This document shows, one piece after another, positions 1 through 9,220 of a stretch of 64,000 bases of DNA. The translations under genes and the position numbers were made by a program. This stretch comes from an uncultured bacterium (GTDB lineage Bacteria > Chloroflexota > UBA5177 > JANWHV01). Within the stretch, counting starts at the first letter, position 1; the number at the start of each line of letters is the position of its first letter. The stretch lies in assembly GCA_963729625.1 (NCBI GenBank), contig CAVSOU010000010.1:1312001-1376000 (forward strand), written 5' to 3'. The notes below the pieces were generated by a model that made no database searches, was not told the DNA's origin, and was given only the letters and a program-made list of their open reading frames with translations.

Positions 1-641
1 ATGGGCACGAGGCGTTCATGGACGTCGTGCAGCAGTTCGACGTCCGCGCCGACCTTGGCGCGCACGTGCTCAAAGAGGTGCGGCACGCTGCGGGCATAGC
101 TCTGCGGATCGAAATAAGCGCCCGGTACCGCGCCTTCGGGCGAGCGGCGTGTCGGTGCCAACCCCCCGTAGCCGCCCATCTGGCAACGAACGTACTGATA
201 GCCGTCGTCCAGGTAGGCCTGGACCTGTTCCACAACCTCACAAGGATCGCGTCCATCGGCATGGCGGTACACGGCAGCCCCGTCGCGGCACTTGCCGCCG
301 AACAGCTCGTACAGTGGCAAACCGGCCAGTTTGCCTTTGATATCCCACAGCGCCATGTCCACACCGGAGATGGCGTTGTTGAGCACCGGGCCATTGCGCC
401 AGTACGAGTTGACGTGCATGGTCTGCCAGGTATCCTCAACCCGCCGCGGATCGCGACCGATGAGCAGAGGGGCGAGGTGGTCGTCGAGGGCCGTGCGCAC
501 GGCAAGATAGCGCTGGGTGAATGTGGCGCATCCCAAGCCGTAGAGGCCTGGCTCCGAAGTCTCAACTTTCACGACGACGAGGGCGATGCCACGGGGCGCA
601 GTCAGGATCGACCGCACGGCGCGGATGATGAGCTCAGCCAT
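1..641 (-). CDS. Enolase-superfamily acid-sugar dehydratase (mannonate dehydratase/RspA-like); 3' end runs off the window
   Basis: Not in the ORF track. My minus-strand translation from ATG 641 (GGAGG upstream) gives MAELIIRAVRSILTAP..VVVKVETSEPGLYGLGCATFTQR..YWRNGPVLNNAISGVDMALWDIKGK..VELLHDVHERL, which are ManD/RspA-type motifs. Confidence 0.88.
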   Translation of the reverse strand, partial: MAELIIRAVRSILTAPRGIALVVVKVETSEPGLYGLGCATFTQRYLAVRTALDDHLAPLLIGRDPRRVEDTWQTMHVNSYWRNGPVLNNAISGVDMALWDIKGKLAGLPLYELFGGKCRDGAAVYRHADGRDPCEVVEQVQAYLDDGYQYVRCQMGGYGGLAPTRRSPEGAVPGAYFDPQSYARSVPHLFEHVRAKVGADVELLHDVHERLVP

Positions 642-699
642 CAGTACCTCCAATTTGGTCAGATACATGTGCGTGCGTAACGCTGCCCTTGTCCGTGTT

Positions 700-1214
700 C
701 TCGGTGCTCGGCAACCGGCCATCCCGTGCGTTGCCCTCCCGCCCGCTTGGCTGGATCGCGAGCACATCCGGCCGGTGGTATGCCGGGCTATAGTCCAGCA
801 CCGCGCGGGCCCGCGTGCCGTCGAGCAGCGACCACCGGCCCGTGGTGGCCCTCTCTACCGAGAACTGCGCGCTCCGCGGCACGTTTGGGAAGTAGCGTTC
901 CACCAGGGTATCTTTCGGCAGGTCCGACGTGGTGTCGGCGGAACATCGAATTCGAGCGCCCAACGCGCCGCCTCTTCCCACCTACCTCTATGCGGAATGA
1001 TCGCATACTCGGCCGTGCACGGTCCAACAAACTGGGCGCCGGGCACCGGGCAGACCCCATTATCCCGGAGCGGACTCTCCGCCTGCAGCGGCTCCGGGTC
1101 CGTCACGCCCAGGGCCGTCCCGGCCAGCTTGCCGCCTTGCAGCGCTGCAATCGGCATGCGCGTCGTATCTATTCCTGTGGTTTCACCGCTCGGGCAGCAG
1201 AGATCGTCATCCAA
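700..1214 (-). pseudogene. Patchwork of gene remnants (2-hydroxyacid dehydrogenase-like, GH38 C-terminal-like, NAD-dependent epimerase C-terminal-like)
   Basis: Short recognisable segments in minus-strand ORFs 855-1214 (AALQGGKLAGTALGVTDPEPL; PGAQFVGPCTAEYAIIPHRGRW) and 634-981 (ADTTSDLP..YFPNVP..SLLD..ARAVLDYSPAY). No full-length gene. Confidence 0.4.
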
Positions 1215-1492
1215 GTGTCATATTGGCGTCAGCCTCGTGTCATCTAGGAGTTGTACGGTGAGGATGCGCGGGCTGCAGTCGGTCCCTCACCCAGTGCAGT
1301 GGGACGCGCGCCGGAACTCTGACAAGGCAACCAGGGCGTTCTGACGTGTGCCTCGGAATGCTTTGTCCGCTCTCGCCGACTGGCCAGCACGGCAGGCATG
1401 TGCAGCGGGCTCTGCTCGCAAGAGCGATCGCGGTTCCGGCGGGAAGGATCATCGTGCAGCACCATGTTTCCCGTGTGAAAGGAGCCCTACCT

Positions 1493-3067
1493 ATGCATCG
1501 ACCCACGTCCCTGGCTCTGACTGCGTTGCTTACCCTGGCGCTGGCCGCGCCTGCGGTGCTCCTACCGGCGCGCGCCGGTGCCGCGTCGCAGAACGCGGGC
1601 GGCGACTGGCGACGCGGCTACCCCGGCCTGACCGGTACCCTCGTCGCCACCCCCCAGAATATGCTCCCGGCGACTCTCTTCCTGCAGGTCGGCGGCACGA
1701 CCATTCCCGTGGTGATCACCGCGGCCACCGCGGTGAGCGACGCCAACGGTAACTCGCTCAGCCTGACCGCGATGGTGGATGGCGACACCCTGCGGATTGA
1801 TGGACCCACCGACCAGAGCGGCCAGGTGGATGCCACCCTCGTCCAGGACCTGTCCCAACCCACCTCGAGTCCGACAGCGGTCCCGAGCACCTACCAGGCC
1901 TCGGGCACGCTTGCCGCAGCCTACCCGAACCTGCTGTGCCTGCAGAATGCCAGTGTGGCCGGAGGCGCAATCGCGCCGAACGCCGCGGTCGCCTCGCCCT
2001 GTCCGAGCAACGACCTCTCGGTCTACGTGACCAGCACCACGAGTATCGAGAACGCCTCAGGCGCCGGCATCGCCGTGACCTCGTTGGCATTCAACGATAG
2101 CCTGACGGCGACGGGCAGTCTGGTCAGCGGCCTGTTCACCGCCTCGCTGGTGCTAGATCTCACGCAGTCCGTGACCACTGTGCCGACCCTCACCTACCAG
2201 GTGAGCGGCACCCTGGCCGTGGCCTACAGCAGCGTGCTCTGCCTGCAGAACGCCAACGTTTCTTCCGGCACGCTCAGTCCCAACGCCCTGGTCAGCAGTC
2301 CGTGTCCCAGCAACGAGCTGGCCGTGTACCTGACCAGCGCGACAAGCTTTGTGAACGCCGGCGATACCGCGATCACCGCCAGCGGTCTCAACGTGAACGA
2401 CAGCCTGGCGGCAACGGGCACGCTGAGCAACGGCCAGTTTACTGCCTCGCAAGTGCAGGACCTCACGCTAGTGACTCCGACACCGACCGCGACGCCCGCG
2501 CTCTCCACCAGCTATCAGGTGACCGGTGCGGTTGCCACGAACTACGGCAGCATCCTGTGCCTGCAGAACGTGAGCGTTACCGGCAGCACCATCAGTCCCA
2601 ATGCGGTGATCAACGGTCCCTGTCCAAGCAACGATCTCGCCGTCTACGTGACCGGCAGCACAAGCGTGGTGAATGCCAGCAATACGGGACTGGCTGCCAC
2701 CGCGGTGTCCGTGAATGACACCGTGATGGCAACGGGCACGGTAAGCAACGGCCAGTTCGTCGCGACGCTGGTGCAGGACGTCACGCAGTCGACCACGGTC
2801 AACCAGTCCAGCTCGCTCACGCTCGTCGGCACGGTGCAGTCCTACAACTTCACCGGACGCAACCACAGCATCACAATCCGTGTGTCGCAGGGTGCGATGC
2901 GCGGCACATACACGATCAGTGTGCAGGGCAGCGCGCAGGTCTTGGCCCGCAGCGGCAGCCACACCAAATACACAGCGCTGCGCAAAGGGCAAACAGTGAC
3001 CTTTACCGCCCCCTATGCCGCACACGGGCACCGCTGGGGTGCGATCACACGCATCCAGATTCACTAG
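1493..3067 (+). CDS. Secreted Ser/Thr-rich repeat protein (DUF5666/OB-like repeats)
   Basis: GGAG then ATG 1493; signal peptide MHRPTSLALTALLTLALAAPA; three ~105-aa repeats YQxSGTLA..LCLQN..PCPSNDLxVY..L.V.D.L.ATG...GQF.A..VQD. Confidence 0.75.
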   Translation: MHRPTSLALTALLTLALAAPAVLLPARAGAASQNAGGDWRRGYPGLTGTLVATPQNMLPATLFLQVGGTTIPVVITAATAVSDANGNSLSLTAMVDGDTLRIDGPTDQSGQVDATLVQDLSQPTSSPTAVPSTYQASGTLAAAYPNLLCLQNASVAGGAIAPNAAVASPCPSNDLSVYVTSTTSIENASGAGIAVTSLAFNDSLTATGSLVSGLFTASLVLDLTQSVTTVPTLTYQVSGTLAVAYSSVLCLQNANVSSGTLSPNALVSSPCPSNELAVYLTSATSFVNAGDTAITASGLNVNDSLAATGTLSNGQFTASQVQDLTLVTPTPTATPALSTSYQVTGAVATNYGSILCLQNVSVTGSTISPNAVINGPCPSNDLAVYVTGSTSVVNASNTGLAATAVSVNDTVMATGTVSNGQFVATLVQDVTQSTTVNQSSSLTLVGTVQSYNFTGRNHSITIRVSQGAMRGTYTISVQGSAQVLARSGSHTKYTALRKGQTVTFTAPYAAHGHRWGAITRIQIH

Positions 3068-3094
3068 ACCGCGCGCAGTTGCCTTGGTAGCCAC

Positions 3095-3161
3095 GCAGCG
3101 AGGCCCCTCATCCGGTTGCACGCGTCCACGATGGACGGCAGCGGATGAGGGACCTCGCTGC
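3095..3161. terminator. Long inverted repeat between convergent genes (probable bidirectional terminator)
   Basis: gcagcgaggcccctcatccg (3095-3114) pairs 19/20 with cggatgagggacctcgctgc (3142-3161); inner gtcca-cga-tggac hairpin. Confidence 0.6.
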
Positions 3162-3234
3162 AGAGGAGTTGCCATGAGTCTGTTCTGAGCGTGGGACGCG
3201 TGCTTTGCCGGCCGCGGAGGACCACGTGAACGTA

Positions 3235-4128
3235 TTATTCATCTCGCGTGCCTACACCCCGGTCATGACTCGACGTGCCGAAATCTCGGGCACTGAGGTC
3301 GAACGTGCTGCCCTCCGTGCTGGCCACCATTGCGAAGGGCGGCCTGGTCCGAGCGACAGCCGAGGCGATCATCCGGTCGAGTTCTCCGTCGCTATGCGCC
3401 GGGTCGTGATGGAACGGCATCAAGTACTTCACCCTTGCCAGCGCCGCGAAGGCAAAGGCGTCCTGCATCGCACTGTGTCCCCAGCCAATTCGGTCGGCAT
3501 ACTCGCGCTCGGTGTACTGAGCATCGTGGATGAGCAGGTCGGCCTCTACCGCGAGATCGTAGCCCGACGTCCACTCGCCGCCCAGGTATCCTGCGCGCAA
3601 GCCCAGAGCCGGCTCATGGTCGGGCAGGTAGGCGAGCGCTGTACCCCCCTCCGTGATCCGATAGCCAACCGTCACATTTGGATGGCAGACCACCTGAGCA
3701 TCGACACAGAAGGGCCCGATCGCGATCTCGTCGCAGGGCACTTCGTGGATCTGCAGTTCGCACGGTAGGTCCCGCAGATGCACCGGGAAGAGCGGTGGCG
3801 ACAGATAGCGTGCCAGGCGGGCGCCCAGGCTTTGCGTCGTGCTGGCCGGGCCCCACAGGTGCACGGCAACGCGCGGGTCGAACAGGGGCGCGAAGAAACC
3901 CAATCCCTGGATGTGGTCCATGTGCAAGTGCGTGAGCAGCAGATCCACGCGACGCACCGATCCAGCCAGCGTGGCTCCAAGCCGACGGATACCCGAGCCC
4001 GCGTCCAGAATCAGCACTGTGTCATCGGATCCCCGTACCTCCACGCAGGAGGTATTGCCGCCGTAGCGCACCGTCTCCGGACCAGGGGTTGGCAGTGAGC
4101 CTCGAGTGCCCCAGAGCGTGACCTTCAT
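3235..4128 (-). CDS. MBL-fold metallo-hydrolase (putative cyclic-nucleotide phosphodiesterase type)
   Basis: MKVTLWGTRGSLPTPG..YGGNTSCVEV, THLHMDHI (HxHxDH), DAQY..GWGHS, FHHDP; start overlaps the upstream stop (ATGA). Confidence 0.9.
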   Translation of the reverse strand: MKVTLWGTRGSLPTPGPETVRYGGNTSCVEVRGSDDTVLILDAGSGIRRLGATLAGSVRRVDLLLTHLHMDHIQGLGFFAPLFDPRVAVHLWGPASTTQSLGARLARYLSPPLFPVHLRDLPCELQIHEVPCDEIAIGPFCVDAQVVCHPNVTVGYRITEGGTALAYLPDHEPALGLRAGYLGGEWTSGYDLAVEADLLIHDAQYTEREYADRIGWGHSAMQDAFAFAALARVKYLMPFHHDPAHSDGELDRMIASAVARTRPPFAMVASTEGSTFDLSARDFGTSSHDRGVGTRDE

Positions 4129-4520
4129 GGTACCGGCGCCGTCCAGAACAGAGCGACGGCGCCCAGGCATCGACCCGCCACGCCGACGAGTGGAAAGGCG
4201 GTAACCTCCACGTGCCTGGTCACGTGGTCCAGACCGCAGATGCACATTCGGCTGTGAACAGGCCGGTTGTTTGCGATGGCGACCAGCAGCGGCAGCGCCT
4301 CGGGCGAGAGGGCCTCCCCCGTCTCGTCGGTCGGCGCGAAAATGGCCGTCCACTCGGCGGCGGGCATCTCGCCCGTCTCGTCGAAACGCTTGGCAAAGAT
4401 AGCCTCTGCCGGTTCGTTGAAGTAGAGCAGTGTCCCAGCAGGATCTACGATAAGGATCGGCATTGCTAGGTAGCTCGCCAGCTGCCTGGTTAGGATGAGC
4501 TCGATCTCCTTCTGCGACAT
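4125..4520 (-). CDS. Stand-alone PAS-domain protein
   Basis: PILIVDPAGTLLYFNEPAEAIF is a PAS N-terminal motif; translationally coupled to the MBL gene. Confidence 0.8.
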   Translation of the reverse strand: MSQKEIELILTRQLASYLAMPILIVDPAGTLLYFNEPAEAIFAKRFDETGEMPAAEWTAIFAPTDETGEALSPEALPLLVAIANNRPVHSRMCICGLDHVTRHVEVTAFPLVGVAGRCLGAVALFWTAPVP

Positions 4521-4982
4521 TCCGGTTCTCCCCGCTATCCCAACCCTTTCGGCTCCTCGGTCGCTCTCGCGGCGACGCGCGACAGGTGTGGCGCCTCGCG
4601 GCTATGTTGGCCCTGCACCGACCGCACTTCCGGGATGAAACCGGAATCCCCGGCACCCACCCACTCGCCAACTGCGCCTCTTGCCCTAAGCGTACCAGAG
4701 GCAAGTGGTCAGCAGCGCTATCCTGCAAGCGATCCAGATCCTGGTGTCCCGTCGTGCTCAACAGTTTACCATGCCCAAGAGTGACGACTCAGTCGCCGGG
4801 CTGCGCAGACGGGATGCGTGCCTACCTGGGCCGTAGGCGTGACGCGCACCCGATAGCATGTCGGCAGTCGCTACTCGGCTCCATCCAGCGCCCGCAGGCG
4901 CTCGTGGGACACTGCAATGAGGCAGATGGCTCGCAGGAACAGCACAAGACCGCTGGTCTGACTACGCTGCGATTACGAGCTA

Positions 4983-5507
4983 TCACCCACGTGTGACGGG
5001 AGCACTCGTCAGGATAGGGTGCGCTATTCGAGAAGCATCCACGTCATACAGCAGTTCCCATGCCGGTTGCCATTTGCCATGCGAGAGCACCTGTATCACA
5101 ATTCTTGTCCGCCCTGCCATGGGGAAGATGACCATGCCGCTGTAGGTGTCGCCACCGGCAGGTTGGGCGTCGAACGCGGTCTGGCCCATACCCGGCATCG
5201 ATGGCATGTCCATCAGGTATTGCACGCGCAGCCCTGCGCGCAACCGAACGCTGAGCACGTCTGGTGCGTTGCTCGGCTGCGAGAGGTCGACCGTCGCCGG
5301 CTCAAACTCTGTGCGATGCTCTAGGCTCGGCCGCAGGGCCACCGAGGGCGACGCACGGCGCGCAGTGCCGGTTTCCGGTTGCCCGTGACGCCAGCGATAC
5401 GCTGGCAGCGCCAGCGCGCACGCCAGCACAAGCAACAACACCGCCTTGTACGCAACCCGTGGCATACGAAGCGCTCCTCTTCGGCCAAGCTCCAGCATCA
5501 CCGGCAC
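4983..5507 (-). CDS. Membrane-anchored YtkA/FixH-like protein
   Basis: N-terminal hydrophobic helix; YLMDMPSMPGMG..GDTYSG..FPMAGRTRI resembles the YtkA-like fold. Confidence 0.55.
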   Translation of the reverse strand: MPVMLELGRRGALRMPRVAYKAVLLLVLACALALPAYRWRHGQPETGTARRASPSVALRPSLEHRTEFEPATVDLSQPSNAPDVLSVRLRAGLRVQYLMDMPSMPGMGQTAFDAQPAGGDTYSGMVIFPMAGRTRIVIQVLSHGKWQPAWELLYDVDASRIAHPILTSAPVTRG

Positions 5508-5516
5508 AGCCGAGCC

Positions 5517-7826
5517 TCACCGCTCCGCCGACGTGCCGTAGATGTCCGTGGTCGCAGTGACCGCTCCTTGACTAGTATAGCCCCCGATCTGCAGTACCCT
5601 CCCCCCGCGCAGCAGCGCGGCGCCTTGCTCTGCGCGGAGGACCCGCATCGAACGAACAGAAGACCAGCGATGGCTCGCAGGATCGTAGATGTCGACGCTA
5701 CTGGTTCCTGATTCCAGACTTGCCTGGGCATCTTTCCCTGTGCTACCTCCGGCCACTAGCACGTCGCCGTTCGGCAGCAAGGTTGCCGTGTGCCGCGAGT
5801 GCGGATGCGGCATAGTGCCAGCAGAAGTCCAGGTGTTTGTCCGCGGGTCGAAGATCTCAGCCGTGTCCAGCAACGACGTAAACGCATGCTCGCCCCCAGC
5901 CACCAGGACCATATGATTAGGGAGCAACGTCGCGGTATGTCGGTACCGTACAGTGGACATTGGACCCGTTGCTTTCCAGCGGTTGCTCGCCGGATCGTAG
6001 ACCTCCGCGCTGGCGCTCCCGCCCCCGGCTACCAGCACCGTGCCGTTCGCGAGCAGCGTGGCCGTGGCATCCCATCGCGCGGTGCTCATGGGCGGGGCCG
6101 GAGCCCAGTCACCTTTCCGGGGATCGTAGATCTCAGTCGATCTGACAGGGGCCGTGTCGGTTGTCTCGCCCCCTGCTACGAGCACGGTGCCGTTCGGCAG
6201 CAGTGCCGCTACGTGCTCGTCACGCGGTGTGCGCATGCTGCCAGTCACGGTCCAGGTGCCGACCCGGGGGTCGTAGATTTCGGCATCCGCGAGATAGCTC
6301 TCCGAATCAGTGCCTCCTGCGACCAGCACTCGGCCGTTCAGCAATATGGTGGCGGTGAAATACTCGCGCGCAATGTGCATGCTTCCGGTGACTGTCCAGC
6401 GACCAGTTGAGGGGTCGTAAAGCTCGGCATCTGACAGTGGGCCATCTGCCCCCGATCCGCCCATGACGAGGATCCGGCCATCGCGCAACGTCACCGCCCG
6501 CGCGACACCCCGCGCGGTATGCATGGCTCGGCCCATGCGCCAGGTGCCTGGGAGGGACAGCAATGAAGCGGTTGGCATCGGCGTCTGCACAACCTTCGCC
6601 TCGGTGGGTGCCATGGTCGCGGTTGCGGATACCAGGACTGCTGCCGTCGAAGCCGGTGCGGCAACGTTTGTCGCGGCGACAAGGCTTGACGTGCCGTGGC
6701 TTCCGCTGTAACGCGTCAGCGCCACGACCCCGGCGAGCAGTACCAATACCGCGCCGCCTGCTATGGCGAGCAGCATCGGATTGAATACAGATCTCCCTCG
6801 CCGAGGAGCGCCCAAATTGGGCGATAGGGCGGTGGTGGTGCCGTGCGCCTCAGGGCCTGCATCGGCGTCCGGGGCGGCAACTTCCGCTGCCACGGGCGCC
6901 GATGCGGCTGCGGTAATGGTCGCCGCTGCCTCAAGTGTGCCTGTCGTGGCTGGCGGTACGGTCGCATGAGCGGGTTGATTTCCGACTCCGTCCTGGCGCA
7001 AAGCTGCGGCCAGTGCCGCGACGAAGTCAGCGGCCCAGCGATAGCGCTCGGCGGGGTCCTTAGCCAGCGCCTTATGAAACACCTCATCGACGGCGCCCGG
7101 CAACTTCGGGTTGAGCGTGCGCGGTGAAGGTAGCGGCTGCAGCACGTGGGCGATAAGGACTGCAGCCGGCGATTCACCCGTATATGGCACCCTACCAGCG
7201 AGCAATTCGTACGCAATTACAGCCACGGCATAGCGGTCGGTTGCGGGCGCAAGCTGCGCCCCGTTCGCGATCTCCGGCGCCATGTATGCCGGCGTTCCAA
7301 TCATTAGCCCGCCTGTGTCCCCCAGCTCCGACATGGGCTTGCCATTCGTTGCCAGTCCCAGCAGGCCCGAATCCGCAAGCACAGGTAAGCCGTTGCGGGT
7401 CAGCATGATGTTCGACGGTTTGATGTCGCCATGCACGACACCTCGCGCATTAACATAATCAAGGGCGGCAGCGACCGGCTCGAGCATGCTTACGACCTCA
7501 GTGGCGTCCAGCAACGTGCCCCCGAGATTGGCGAGAGTTTGGCCTTCGGTCAACTCCATGACCAGATAGGCAATCCCATCCTGTTCGCCATAGTCGATCA
7601 CCGGCACAATGTTCCTGTGGCGCAGCGAGGCGATAGCTTTCGCATCCCGCTGAAAGCGTTCGTGGAAACCCTCATGCGTGGTGCATGCAGGCGGCAGGAC
7701 CCTTATCGCCACCAGGTGCCCAAGGCTGGATTGGGACGCTCTATATACGGTGCCCAGTCTGCCGTGCGCGATTTCGTCGACGATCGAGTAGCCATCGCCG
7801 ATCTTCGTCCCCGGGGACACATCCAT
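5517..7826 (-). CDS. Hanks-type Ser/Thr kinase-like protein with TM helix and Kelch propeller (probable pseudokinase)
   Basis: HRNIVPVIDYG, HGDIKPSN and GTPAYMAPE present; VAIR and DSG replace VAxK and DFG; TM helix; about six Kelch repeats (HTATLL.NG.VLVAGG..AEIYDP..W). Confidence 0.9.
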   Translation of the reverse strand: MDVSPGTKIGDGYSIVDEIAHGRLGTVYRASQSSLGHLVAIRVLPPACTTHEGFHERFQRDAKAIASLRHRNIVPVIDYGEQDGIAYLVMELTEGQTLANLGGTLLDATEVVSMLEPVAAALDYVNARGVVHGDIKPSNIMLTRNGLPVLADSGLLGLATNGKPMSELGDTGGLMIGTPAYMAPEIANGAQLAPATDRYAVAVIAYELLAGRVPYTGESPAAVLIAHVLQPLPSPRTLNPKLPGAVDEVFHKALAKDPAERYRWAADFVAALAAALRQDGVGNQPAHATVPPATTGTLEAAATITAAASAPVAAEVAAPDADAGPEAHGTTTALSPNLGAPRRGRSVFNPMLLAIAGGAVLVLLAGVVALTRYSGSHGTSSLVAATNVAAPASTAAVLVSATATMAPTEAKVVQTPMPTASLLSLPGTWRMGRAMHTARGVARAVTLRDGRILVMGGSGADGPLSDAELYDPSTGRWTVTGSMHIAREYFTATILLNGRVLVAGGTDSESYLADAEIYDPRVGTWTVTGSMRTPRDEHVAALLPNGTVLVAGGETTDTAPVRSTEIYDPRKGDWAPAPPMSTARWDATATLLANGTVLVAGGGSASAEVYDPASNRWKATGPMSTVRYRHTATLLPNHMVLVAGGEHAFTSLLDTAEIFDPRTNTWTSAGTMPHPHSRHTATLLPNGDVLVAGGSTGKDAQASLESGTSSVDIYDPASHRWSSVRSMRVLRAEQGAALLRGGRVLQIGGYTSQGAVTATTDIYGTSAER

Positions 7827-7878
7827 GAGCGCCCACCTTTAGCTCTCCGAAGCGGTGCACGTGCACATGCGCCAGAGA

Positions 7879-9048
7879 TTAGCTGCCTATTGCGATCAAT
7901 GCACTTTCACCGGTAAGCGGCGTGAACAGTGAGTGATCACGATTCGCCAGCACCACGTACAGCGTATGAATGCCGGTCCTGGGAGTGACCTTGGCCAGGG
8001 CTGTGGCAGCCACATCAATGGTGGAGTTCGAGCTCGTGAGCACGAGGTTCCTGCTTGGATTCGCCTGGTCGACGAAGTCAACATAGACCTGGTAATAACC
8101 GCCGGATTCGGATCCGGGCGCAACGCCCTTGATCTGCAGATGGAGTGTAACCTTGCCGCCGGCGCGAATCGGCGTCGGCAGACCCGGCACCGCCCACTCC
8201 GCCACCTGCAAGGTAGGGCCAAGGCGGATCACAGTCGATGTCAGCACCAGCGGCTTGAGCAGGCTATGATCGTTGTTCGTGAGTGCCACGTAGAGTGCGT
8301 GCGTGCCTGTCGTCACGCCCGCCTTCGCCAGTTGGTCCGCTGTCACGCGGATCGTCGGTGTGGCGCCAGCCTGCAACCAGAACTTAAAGGGCGCATTGGG
8401 ATCGATGCTATCGACGAAGACGTGGTAGTGTCCGTACCCTGGCCGATTGACGTGGGAACCCAGATGCGCGGCGTCAAACAAGAAATGCCGGGGCTGAACG
8501 GCAAAGACAAAGCTACCGTCCGACGCCTCGGCCAGAGGATTGGTAACGCTGCCGATCCCACCGGTGATGGATATCGCCGCTGACTCCTTCGGTACGATGC
8601 TGATAACCGTCGAGGCAATGGCCAGCGGCTTGACCAGGCTATGATCGTTGTTCGCCAGCACAATGAAAAGCACGTGTGTGCCATTGCTCACGCCCGCCCT
8701 TGCCAGTTGGTCCGCAGTCACCCGAATTAGCGGGGCAGCGGCGGCGTTGACGTAGTACTTGAAGACGGAGCTGGGATCGAAGTAGTCCGCGTAAATGTGA
8801 TAGTGGCCGACACCGGGCCGGTTCGTGGAGCCAATATGCTTGGGATCGAGGATGAAGTTCTGGACACGGATAGCAATTTCAAACACGCCGCTCGCATCCG
8901 CCAGTTGCGGATGTGCATTGGTGCCGATTCGCGAGGTGATGGTGATAGTCGCGACGCCAACGCGGCTCCGCTGCGCATGAGCAAGAGTGCCGGCGAACAG
9001 GCTGATCAGAATGCAAAACCCTGCGAGGTAACGTGCCCTGGCAAACAT
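7879..9048 (-). CDS. Secreted protein with three tandem His-motif domains (DUF4399-like)
   Basis: Signal peptide; repeats GHYHIYAD..GTHVLFIVLANNDHSL, GHYHVFVD..GTHALYVALTNNDHSL and GYYQVYVD..GIHTLYVVLANRDHSL. Confidence 0.7.
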   Translation of the reverse strand: MFARARYLAGFCILISLFAGTLAHAQRSRVGVATITITSRIGTNAHPQLADASGVFEIAIRVQNFILDPKHIGSTNRPGVGHYHIYADYFDPSSVFKYYVNAAAAPLIRVTADQLARAGVSNGTHVLFIVLANNDHSLVKPLAIASTVISIVPKESAAISITGGIGSVTNPLAEASDGSFVFAVQPRHFLFDAAHLGSHVNRPGYGHYHVFVDSIDPNAPFKFWLQAGATPTIRVTADQLAKAGVTTGTHALYVALTNNDHSLLKPLVLTSTVIRLGPTLQVAEWAVPGLPTPIRAGGKVTLHLQIKGVAPGSESGGYYQVYVDFVDQANPSRNLVLTSSNSTIDVAATALAKVTPRTGIHTLYVVLANRDHSLFTPLTGESALIAIGS

Positions 9049-9220
9049 CGCGAACGCCCCTTCCCCTCTTCCATCCGGCCTGACTGTTGCAGCTCAAGTT
9101 ACTCGCAGACAACATCCATGGCGCGTGCCAGCGTGGTCGCTGAGCACGCCTCTCTAAGGGAAGTGTAATCGTTCAGGCCTTAAGAGGTCGGGGCCTGACC
9201 CAATACCACAAGGGAGCCGT

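Noticed and set aside
18-680. 220-aa plus-strand ORF
   Set aside because: Antisense shadow of the minus-strand dehydratase, which has clear family motifs.
4129-4761. Long N-terminal extension of the MBL ORF (508 aa in the track)
   Set aside because: It overlaps the PAS gene in another frame; the real start is MKVTLWG at 4128.
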